Shown here piece by piece: positions 30,976-38,641 of a stretch of DNA of 64,000 nucleotides. Every line of letters begins with the position of its first letter. The stretch's first letter is position 1. A program made the translations under genes and the position numbers. Source of the DNA: an uncultured Spirochaetales bacterium (GTDB taxonomy: Bacteria; Myxococcota_A; UBA9160; UBA6930); the NCBI GenBank assembly GCA_964501435.1, contig CAZCTH010000010.1:3788-67787 (forward strand), given 5' to 3'. A model generated the notes under the pieces. The model saw only the letters and a program-made list of their open reading frames with translations. It was not told the origin of the DNA and did not search any database.

Positions 30976-32133
30976 GTGAAGAAGCGCGCGGTGGTCGTGG
31001 GCGTCGGCGAGACGACTTATTACGAGCGCGGGCGCGCGCCGGAGAGCGAGTTCCAGCTCGCCTGCATCGCGATCCGCAATGCGGCCGCCGACGCCGGGCT
31101 CGCGCTCTCCGACGTCGACGGCTTCGTCTCGTACATGGACACGCGCAACGACCCGATGCGCCTCGCGATGGCGCTCGGCTGCAAGCAGCTCACCTACACC
31201 GCGCAGCCCTGGGGCGGCGGCGGGAACGGCATGGCGAGCGCGGTGATGCTCGCCGACGCCGCCGTCTCCGGCGGCTACGCGAAGCACGTGGTCGCGTTCC
31301 GCGCCCTCGCGCAGGGGCAGTTCGGGCGCTTCGGGCAGGCGGGCGGCGGCGGCTACGCGCGCGGCAACGCGGCCTTCACCGCCGCCTACGGCCTGCTCTC
31401 GCCCGCTCAGATCTGCGCGCTCCAGACCACGGCGTTCATGGCGCGCTACGGCATCTCGCAGGAGGCGCTGTGCGACGTGGCGATGGCGTCGTATCACCAC
31501 GCGCAGTCGAACCCGCGCGCGATCCGCTACGGCAAGCCGCTCACGCGCGAGAAGTACCACGCGTCGCGCTGGATCGCGGAGCCGTTCCACCTCTACGACT
31601 GCTGCCCCGAGAACGACGGCGCAGCCGCACTGGTGGTGACGACGCCGGAGCGCGCGCGCGACCTGCGCAAGAAGCCCGTGCCGATCCTCGCCGCCTCGCA
31701 GGGGCTCGGTTTCCGCGACGGCGCGGGCGCGTTCAACGAGCACACCTTCCCGACGGCGCACAAGGCGGTCGTCGGCCGCGCGATCTGGGAGCAGTCGGGC
31801 GTCGCGCCGGCGGACCTCGACGTCGTGCAGTTCTACGAGAACTTCACCGGCCCCGTGCTGATCGCGATGTGCGAGATGGGGCTCGCGCCGCCGGAGGGAA
31901 TCGAGGAGTTCGTCTCGAAGGGCCGGCTGCTCGCGCCGAGCGGCGCGCTGCCGATGAACACGAGCGGCGGCAACATCGGCGAGGCCTACATCCACGGCTT
32001 CGAGTGCGCGGTCGAGGCGGTGCGCCAGGTGCGCGGCGAGAGCACCGCGCAGGTGAAGAACGTCGAACTCTCGCTCGCCGTCGCGGGCCCCGGCTTCGCC
32101 CCGGGCAGCGCCGTGCTCTTCTGCGCCCCGTGA
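30976..32133 (+). CDS. SCP2/Ltp2-like thiolase-superfamily protein
   Basis: VVGVGET, DCCPENDGAAA, VQFYENF, NTSGG, GEAYIHG, EAVRQVRG. Confidence 0.85.
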   Translation: MKKRAVVVGVGETTYYERGRAPESEFQLACIAIRNAAADAGLALSDVDGFVSYMDTRNDPMRLAMALGCKQLTYTAQPWGGGGNGMASAVMLADAAVSGGYAKHVVAFRALAQGQFGRFGQAGGGGYARGNAAFTAAYGLLSPAQICALQTTAFMARYGISQEALCDVAMASYHHAQSNPRAIRYGKPLTREKYHASRWIAEPFHLYDCCPENDGAAALVVTTPERARDLRKKPVPILAASQGLGFRDGAGAFNEHTFPTAHKAVVGRAIWEQSGVAPADLDVVQFYENFTGPVLIAMCEMGLAPPEGIEEFVSKGRLLAPSGALPMNTSGGNIGEAYIHGFECAVEAVRQVRGESTAQVKNVELSLAVAGPGFAPGSAVLFCAP

Positions 32134-32138
32134 CCCGC

Positions 32139-32220
32139 GCCGGGGACGTTGGTTCACGAACGGGCGGCGAGGGCCCGCGGGCGCCCCGTCTTCGCGGACT
32201 CGTGAACCAACGTCCCCGGC
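32139..32220. repeat. Perfect 21-bp inverted repeat with 40-bp spacer
   Basis: GCCGGGGACGTTGGTTCACGA (32139-32159) and TCGTGAACCAACGTCCCCGGC (32200-32220). Confidence 0.92.
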
Positions 32221-32248
32221 CTTTCTCGAACGTTGGGAGGTGAGACCG

Positions 32249-32677
32249 TTGACCCGTTACCTCGGCGATGGCTGGATGCTGCCGGGCACCGACGCGCTCA
32301 CGCGGCGCTTCTTCACGGCGGGGCAACTCGTGTTCCAGCAATGCGCGCATTGCGGCCACGTGCAGCACCCGCCCACCGACGTGTGTGGCGCGTGCCAGGG
32401 CTTCGCGTTCGGCGAGCGCGCGAGCGCGGGGCTCGGCCGCATCGAGAGCCTCACCGTCGCCCACTATGCCGTGCACCCCGCGCTGAAGGACCGCGTGCCC
32501 TACGTGGTGGTGCTCGTCTCCGTCGACGACGTCCCCGGCGTGCGCGTGATCGGCAACGTGCTGAACCGCACCCCGAACGAGGTGCGCGTCGGGCAGCGCG
32601 TGCGCGTGTGCTTCGAGGAGGCGAAGGACCCGCAGTCCGGGGAGATGCTCAGGATTCCGCAGTGGGAGGTGGTCTGA
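32249..32677 (+). CDS. DUF35 Zn-ribbon/OB-fold acyl-CoA-binding protein
   Basis: CAHC...CGAC Zn ribbon, G.IESLT, VPYVVVLV. TTG start 8 nt after GGAGG preferred over the GTG at 32240. Confidence 0.88.
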   Translation: MTRYLGDGWMLPGTDALTRRFFTAGQLVFQQCAHCGHVQHPPTDVCGACQGFAFGERASAGLGRIESLTVAHYAVHPALKDRVPYVVVLVSVDDVPGVRVIGNVLNRTPNEVRVGQRVRVCFEEAKDPQSGEMLRIPQWEVV

Positions 32678-32707
32678 GACACGGAGCGCGCGGGGATTCG
32701 ATCGCCG

Positions 32708-32724
32708 TCGGCACGGTTCGTGCT
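32708..32724 (+). promoter_or_regulatory. Putative sigma-54 promoter
   Basis: TCGGCACG-GTTC-GTGCT with exact GG-N10-GC spacing; intergenic, ~67 bp before the next start. Confidence 0.55.
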
Positions 32725-32790
32725 CTGTCTCCTCTCGCGAGCCTGGCTCGTACGCTCCCGAAGCCCGGGAGCGGTCCAGGAGGGCGAGCC

Positions 32791-33840
32791 GTGCAACAGC
32801 GCGAGTCGAATCGACACAACGAGCGCGCCGGTCTCGGGTCGTGGTGCCCCGCTCGGTTCCGCGGGAACCGCCCGCGAGGCGCTATCCGCTGGGCGACGCT
32901 CGGTTGCGTAGCGGCACTCGCGACGGCCGGGATTTCGCGCGCCGACGAGGTCGTCTATTCGAACCTCGCGACGACCACGGCCTTCGTGTGGAACGCGTCA
33001 GACACCTTCGTGTGGGACGATCTGCAGATCCGTGGCGGCGGGATCCTGAGCGGGCTGTCCCTCGTCGCTGACAACACGCGCCCAGTCCCGGCTGCCGGGA
33101 CGCAGATCACAGTGCAATTGCGCCGACTCGCCGACTCCGGTGGCGATCCGAGAGGCAGCCTCCTGGGAGAGGTCAGCATCCCATTCGCTGGCCCGTACGC
33201 GGCCGCCGCGCCCACGCTGATCTCGATCGACGATCTGGCTTCGCTCGGAATCGTCCTCCCGAAGGGCGAACGCATCGCGTTGGGAGTCAACTTCAACGAT
33301 GCGTCGGGGAGCATGGGGTGGCTCACCTTCGACCCACCGACCATCGGCGCGAGTTCCACCGCGGCGTGGATCGGCGACGTTCCGGTTCCGGTCGTGTGCG
33401 AGGGAATTGTCGGGCACCCCGTCCCCTGCAATTTCGGCGTCGAACTGCGCGTCGCCGATCCCGGCGCGATCGCGGTGCGCATCGACATCGCGCCGCTCAG
33501 CACGACGAACCGCGTCGAACGCCGGAGCCAGGGCGAGCTGGAGGTCGCATTGCTCTCGACCGACGACTTCGACGCCCTTCAGGCTGCGCCCGACACGCTG
33601 CGCTTCGGCGATCCAGCGATGGAGGCCGAAGGCGGGGTCCCCTCGACCCCGGACCGCACCGCTTGGGTGGATGTCGATGGCGACGGGCGACTGGACCTGT
33701 CCGCCCACTTCCCGATCCAGCGACTCTTTCGCGAGCACGCGCTCAGTTCCTACAGCCGCGCGGCGCAGCTCTCGGGACAGACCTCGCTCGGAATTCCGTT
33801 CGCCGGCACCGATTCCGTGTGGGTCGTGAGACCGAAATGA
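32791..33840 (+). CDS. Exported hypothetical protein with C-terminal IDI.P...DVDGDG..DL domain
   Basis: AGGAGG RBS then GTG; hydrophobic segment ending SRA-D; C-terminal IDIAP...ALLSTDDFDA...DVDGDGRLDL. Confidence 0.68.
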   Translation: MQQRESNRHNERAGLGSWCPARFRGNRPRGAIRWATLGCVAALATAGISRADEVVYSNLATTTAFVWNASDTFVWDDLQIRGGGILSGLSLVADNTRPVPAAGTQITVQLRRLADSGGDPRGSLLGEVSIPFAGPYAAAAPTLISIDDLASLGIVLPKGERIALGVNFNDASGSMGWLTFDPPTIGASSTAAWIGDVPVPVVCEGIVGHPVPCNFGVELRVADPGAIAVRIDIAPLSTTNRVERRSQGELEVALLSTDDFDALQAAPDTLRFGDPAMEAEGGVPSTPDRTAWVDVDGDGRLDLSAHFPIQRLFREHALSSYSRAAQLSGQTSLGIPFAGTDSVWVVRPK

Positions 33841-33863
33841 GCCGCGCGGGTTCGCCGGCCCTT

Positions 33864-34760
33864 TCAGATCCCCGCGCCGCCTTCGTAGTCCGTCTCGCCC
33901 TGCCCGCCCGCGAGGCTGCGCGTCGCGCGGCCGGCGGCGATGCCCGCTGCGAGCAGCAGCGCGGCGAACACGAGCTGCGGGCCGGTGCGTGGCAACGCGG
34001 CCAGCGCGTCGCTCGCCCACTGGTCGACTTCGCGCGCGAGGATCAGCACCGCCATCGCCAGCACGAAGCCGGCGAACGCGCGCCGCAGCGACGCGGGGTT
34101 CACGCGCTTCGCGAAGCCCGAGCCGAGGAACGAGCCCGCGATCGCGGCGAGCGTCACGACCGCGACGAGCGGCCACGGCACGACGACGTGGCTCGCGTAG
34201 CCGGCGAAGCCGGCGGTGCAGTTCATCACGATGATGACGAGCGAGGTGCCGACCGCGCGCTGCATCGGGAGCCCGGCCCACAAGGCCAGCGCGGGCACGA
34301 TCAGGAAGCCGCCGCCCGCGCCGATCAGGCCGGTGAACGTTCCGACGGCGAGGCCCTGCACGACGAGGCGCGCGGGCGCGCGCTGCACCGCACTCTCGGG
34401 TGGCGCGCGGCGGCCGCGCCACATGGCGACGGCCGTGATTGCCATCATCACCGCGAAGAGCAGGAGAAGCAGCGCGCCGTCGAGGAACGTCGCCACGCGG
34501 CCGCCGGCATACGCGCCGGTCATGCCCGCGGCACCGAACGAGCCGGCGGTGCGCAGGTCCACGTTGCCCGCGCGCCAGTGCTGCGCCGCGGCCGAGGCGC
34601 TCGCGGCCCCGACGACGACGAGCGAGCTCGCGATCGCGATCTTCGCCTCGAGCCCGAACACGTAGGCCAGCAGCGGGACGGTGAGGATCGAGCCGCCGCC
34701 GCCGAAGAAGCCGAGCGCGATGCCGATCAGGACGCTGAGTGCCGTGCCGAGGGTGGCCAC
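33864..34760 (-). CDS. TauE/SafE sulfite exporter family protein
   Basis: GFFGGGGSILTVP and GLIGAGGGFLIVP duplicated motifs; AVGTSL. Confidence 0.9.
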   Translation of the reverse strand: MATLGTALSVLIGIALGFFGGGGSILTVPLLAYVFGLEAKIAIASSLVVVGAASASAAAQHWRAGNVDLRTAGSFGAAGMTGAYAGGRVATFLDGALLLLLFAVMMAITAVAMWRGRRAPPESAVQRAPARLVVQGLAVGTFTGLIGAGGGFLIVPALALWAGLPMQRAVGTSLVIIVMNCTAGFAGYASHVVVPWPLVAVVTLAAIAGSFLGSGFAKRVNPASLRRAFAGFVLAMAVLILAREVDQWASDALAALPRTGPQLVFAALLLAAGIAAGRATRSLAGGQGETDYEGGAGI

Positions 34761-34785
34761 TACGAGGCGCGGGGGGCGCCGGCCC

Positions 34786-35358
34786 TCACAGCGCCGCGAG
34801 CGCCGCGCGGAATGCGGCCAGGCTCATGTCCGTGTCGGGAGGCGGCCCGGACGCGCGCGCCGCCTGCTCGATCCAGTCGAGGGCCCGCGCGGCGTCGGCC
34901 GGGGTCGGCTCCTCGGCCGCACTGCCGAGCGCGGCGTCGAGCTTCGCCCGCACATCCGCCGGCGTCTGAGCGCTCACCTGCGCGAGCCAGGCGAGCGCGT
35001 TGTCGACGAGCGCCGCCACGCTGCGGTAGCGCGGTCGCTCCACGGGGAGTCCCGCGCGATTCCACGCCATCATGCCGCCGGTGAGGTTCACGCCGCCGTC
35101 GCTGCCCCGCGCGGCGAGCAGTTGGATCGCCTTCACCGAGCGCACGCCCGAGCGACAGATCATCAGCAGCGGCTTGCCGCGCGGAATCTCGCCTAGGCGC
35201 GCCTCGAGCTCGGGCAGCGGAATCGAAACCGCACCGCGGATGTGGCCGAGCGGGCCGGCGAACTCGTGCGCGCCGCGCACGTCCACCACCGCGAAGTCGG
35301 CGAGGCGCGCGTTCGCCTCGCTCGGCGCCAACTCGAGAACGGTCGTCCCGTCGGGCAT
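34786..35358 (-). CDS. Rhodanese-domain protein with C-terminal extension
   Basis: VVDVR, GHIRGA, active loop CRSGVRS, NLTGGMMAW. Confidence 0.88.
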   Translation of the reverse strand: MPDGTTVLELAPSEANARLADFAVVDVRGAHEFAGPLGHIRGAVSIPLPELEARLGEIPRGKPLLMICRSGVRSVKAIQLLAARGSDGGVNLTGGMMAWNRAGLPVERPRYRSVAALVDNALAWLAQVSAQTPADVRAKLDAALGSAAEEPTPADAARALDWIEQAARASGPPPDTDMSLAAFRAALAAL

Positions 35359-35430
35359 GGGAGCCTCCGACGCGCCACGCTAGCGCGGCGCGCACGGTTC
35401 CCGAAGCGCGCACCGAGGGGAGAGGCCGAG

Positions 35431-37011
35431 ATGCGCTGGCAGACCACCATCTTCCACAGCATCGGGGCGGCCCGCGCGTGGCGGCGCGTTTGCGCGCTCG
35501 CCGCCGGCGCGGCGGCGCTGGCCCTGGCGCAGTGCGTGTCGCCGCCGGGCGACGCGCCGCCCGTCACCCACGGCGTCGCGGTCGGCGACGTCACCGACGC
35601 GAGCGCGGTGCTCTGGGCGCGCTCGGACCGCGAGGCCACGCTGCGCGTGCGCCTCTCGCCGGACCCCTGGGCGGGCCTGCTCACCCGCACGCGAATGCCT
35701 CCCGAGCTCCGCGTCCGCGCGGACGACGACTTCACCGGACAGATCGCGCTGGAGCGCCTCCAGCCGGCAACGACCTACCGCTATGCGGTGTGGTTCGAGG
35801 ACGCGAACGGTCGCGGGCCGACGAGCGAGGGAAGCTTCCGCACCGCACCGGCGCCGCGCGTCGCCGCGCCCGTCTCGATCGCGTGGACGGGGGACTTCGC
35901 CGGCCAGAACGTGTGCCGCCACGCGAGCGAGGGCTTCCCGATCTTCGACGCGATCGCGGCCGACGCGCCGGACTTCTTCGTCGGCCTCGGCGACATGATC
36001 TACGCCGACAATCGCTGCGAACCGATCGGGCGCTACGGCAACCCGCAGGTTCCCGGCGAGTTCGCCGAAGCCACCGACCTGCCCGGCTTCTGGGCGCACT
36101 GGCGCTACGCGCGGGCCGACGCGCGCTTCCAGCGCCTGCTGGCGCGCGTGCCCTACGTCGGGATCTGGGACGACCACGAAGTCGTGAACGACTTCGGCCC
36201 GAGCACGGCCACGCGCGCCACGCCGCCGTACGTCCCGGGCGCGCCGCTGATGCCGCTCGGCCTGCGGGCTTTCCTCGACTACACGCCGCTCGCGAGCGAC
36301 GCGCGCGAACCGGAGCGCCTCTACCGCGCGCTGCGCTGGGGCCGCCACGTCGAGCTGTTCGTGCTCGACAACCGCCAGTACCGCGACGCGAACGCCGCAC
36401 CCGATTCGCCCGCGAAGACGATGCTGGGGCGCGAGCAACTCGCGTGGCTGCGCGCGCGCCTCGCCGCTTCGGACGCGACCTGGAAGATCGTCGTGAGCAG
36501 CGTGCCGCTCTCGATCCCGACGGGCTCGCCGCCCGAAGCGGGCCGCGACGGCTTCGCGAACTACGACGCCGATCCTGCGCCCGCGCAGAGCGCCGCGCCG
36601 CCGACGGCGACCGGCTTCGAGTCCGAGCTCGCGTCGATCTTCGGCGCGCTGCGCGCGGCGCGCGCGAACGCGCTCTTCATCACCACCGACGTCCACTTCG
36701 CCGAGGTCTTCCGCTACACGCCGCTCCCGAGCGACCCCGAGTTCCACGTGCACGAGGCGGTGGTCGGCCCCGGAAACGCGGGCGTCTTCCCGAACCGCGC
36801 GTTCGACACCACCTTCGGCGCCGAGAGTCTCTTCTTCCACGGCCCGGCGAGTGCCGATGCGATCTCGAGCTGGGACGAAGCGAAGCGCTGGTTCAACTAC
36901 GGCACGCTCGACGTGGACGCGGCCGGGGTGCTCGTGCTGCGCGTCAAGGGCACGACGGGGGCGACACTGTATGAGCTGCGCCTCGCGCCAGGTGCGGCGG
37001 CCGGGAATTAG
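35431..37011 (+). CDS. phoD: Alkaline phosphatase D family protein
   Basis: HGVAVGDVT, GDMIYAD, IWDDHE, LDNRQYR, TTDVHFA. Confidence 0.9.
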   Translation: MRWQTTIFHSIGAARAWRRVCALAAGAAALALAQCVSPPGDAPPVTHGVAVGDVTDASAVLWARSDREATLRVRLSPDPWAGLLTRTRMPPELRVRADDDFTGQIALERLQPATTYRYAVWFEDANGRGPTSEGSFRTAPAPRVAAPVSIAWTGDFAGQNVCRHASEGFPIFDAIAADAPDFFVGLGDMIYADNRCEPIGRYGNPQVPGEFAEATDLPGFWAHWRYARADARFQRLLARVPYVGIWDDHEVVNDFGPSTATRATPPYVPGAPLMPLGLRAFLDYTPLASDAREPERLYRALRWGRHVELFVLDNRQYRDANAAPDSPAKTMLGREQLAWLRARLAASDATWKIVVSSVPLSIPTGSPPEAGRDGFANYDADPAPAQSAAPPTATGFESELASIFGALRAARANALFITTDVHFAEVFRYTPLPSDPEFHVHEAVVGPGNAGVFPNRAFDTTFGAESLFFHGPASADAISSWDEAKRWFNYGTLDVDAAGVLVLRVKGTTGATLYELRLAPGAAAGN

Positions 37012-37688
37012 TTCAGATAGTCAAGGAACGTCCCCTCGCCGGTGACGCCGCCGCAGGCCTCGAGCTGGGCGCGCAGTGCGGCGCGGCGGAGGCGGCGGCG
37101 CTCGCGCTTGGCGTCGGTGTCGCAGAGGCGCCCCAGCACCTCGTCGGACCACGCGATGTGCTTGCGCGTGCGGCGCACGGCGTCCTCGAGCAGCTCGATC
37201 GTGGGCGCGTCGCTGATCTGGTCGGTCTCGCGCATGGTGCGCTCGTAGACCGCGAGCAGGTGCGGCTTCAGCACGTCGAACACGCCGGCGAGCTTCTCGA
37301 TCGAGAGGTCGGGCCGCTCGGGCTCGGAGAGCGCCTTCACGAAGGCGGCGAAGCCGTCGTTCGCGGCCTCGCTCGCGTCCACGGCCTTGCGACCGCAGCG
37401 CAGCTCGGGGAGCCGCTTGCCGAACGCGTCCGCGGCGAGCGCGGCGTCCCACACGATCTTGCCGAGGCCGGTCTTCACCGGCACTTCGGGAACCGTCGCG
37501 ATCCAGCCCGCGAGGATCATCATCGTCCACTCTTCCGCGTAGCGGAAGTTGCGGACGCGGCGCGCGATCGACTCGACGTCGTAGCGGCCATGGAGCTCGC
37601 GCAGGTCGGCGGGCACCTCGAAGGCGCCGTAGGGCGCGAAGGTCGTGCGCTCGTCGCGGCCGTAGCCGGGGTACAGCCGCTCGCTCAC
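37008..37688 (-). CDS. Degenerate ferritin-like helical protein (partner of the DUF455-type gene)
   Basis: GTGA overlap with the upstream gene; helices align by eye with the neighbour but lack the ExxH ligands (WDAALA, RRTRKH). Confidence 0.72.
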   Translation of the reverse strand: MSERLYPGYGRDERTTFAPYGAFEVPADLRELHGRYDVESIARRVRNFRYAEEWTMMILAGWIATVPEVPVKTGLGKIVWDAALAADAFGKRLPELRCGRKAVDASEAANDGFAAFVKALSEPERPDLSIEKLAGVFDVLKPHLLAVYERTMRETDQISDAPTIELLEDAVRRTRKHIAWSDEVLGRLCDTDAKRERRRLRRAALRAQLEACGGVTGEGTFLDYLN

Positions 37689-38641
37689 GACTTCGCCCCC
37701 GCGGCCTGCGCTTGCCTCGCCTGGTGCCGCTCGCGCAGCACGCGCGCGGCCTCGCGCATCGTCTCGCGCGACGGCCCCTCGCCGCACAGGCCGACCAGCT
37801 CCTTCAGCTCTTCCTCGGTGAAGCCCGCTTCGCGGCGATCCTCGAACGCGATCGGGATCGCCGAGTCCTTCCGCTCCGAGCGCGCGCCGCCGAAGTTGAA
37901 CTGCTTGTCCACCTGCTTGCGGAAGTCGTTCGCGCGCTGCAGGCGCGCCGGATCGTTCTTGCAGAACTCGCGCACCCAGTCGCTGCCGAAGCGCACGTGG
38001 GTGAGCTCGTCGGCGAGCACGTAGTCCACCGCCTGCTTCATCTTCTCGTCGCCGATCTCGTCCGCGTAGCGGATCAGGTCGCGGAACACGTCGCAGGCGA
38101 GGCCTTCGAGCCCACGGTTCACGCCGGCGACGCGCAGGGCCGGATCGTCGGCGCAGGCGCACTCGAACAGGAACGTGCTCTCCGGGAACATGCCGGGCGT
38201 CGCGCCCACGTGCTCGAGCAGCTTCTCGTAGATCTGCACGTGCCGCGCCTCGTCCCAGCACTGCCGCGCCATGTTCATCTTGAACTCCCAGGGCGCGTCG
38301 GGGAAATCCCAGAGCGAGCGGCCGGCGCCCTCGAGCGCCTGCAGCTCGCCGACGTACACGCCGTGCATGCGCATCTTGAGGCGCGTGTCGGTGGCGGGCT
38401 CGCCGGGCTTCAGCGACGAGGTGTTGGTCATCAGGGAGAAGCCCGGGCCGTAGGCGTCGTAGAGCGGCTCCGCGGACGTGCCGCGCACCGCCTTCTCCAC
38501 GATCGGCGCGAACTTCTCGAACAGCGCGACCACCGCGTCGACGTCGTCGGGGAGCTGCGCGATCAGGGTCGAGAGCGCCGTCGTCTGCCGCGTGAAGCGG
38601 CTGTCGCGGGCGAGCTCTTCGTGCTGGATGAAGCGCTTCAT
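37685..38641 (-). CDS. Ferritin-like diiron protein (DUF455-type)
   Basis: GELQA, MARQCWDEARH, LEGLACD, ADELTHVRFG, EAGF: a complete E/ExxH/E/ExxH ligand set. ATGA overlap with the RND stop codon. Confidence 0.85.
   Translation of the reverse strand: MKRFIQHEELARDSRFTRQTTALSTLIAQLPDDVDAVVALFEKFAPIVEKAVRGTSAEPLYDAYGPGFSLMTNTSSLKPGEPATDTRLKMRMHGVYVGELQALEGAGRSLWDFPDAPWEFKMNMARQCWDEARHVQIYEKLLEHVGATPGMFPESTFLFECACADDPALRVAGVNRGLEGLACDVFRDLIRYADEIGDEKMKQAVDYVLADELTHVRFGSDWVREFCKNDPARLQRANDFRKQVDKQFNFGGARSERKDSAIPIAFEDRREAGFTEEELKELVGLCGEGPSRETMREAARVLRERHQARQAQAAGAKS

Noticed and set aside
32139-32220. Autonomous IS element
   Set aside because: Only 82 bp, with no transposase and no target-site duplication. 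Kept only as an unexplained inverted repeat.
33660-33710. Dockerin or FG-GAP repeat in the secreted protein
   Set aside because: A single DVDGDG loop with no duplicated partner segment.
37685-38641. Ribonucleotide reductase R2 or bacterioferritin
   Set aside because: No NrdA gene is nearby, and the motif context (MARQCWDEARH, EAGF) fits DUF455 better than either family.
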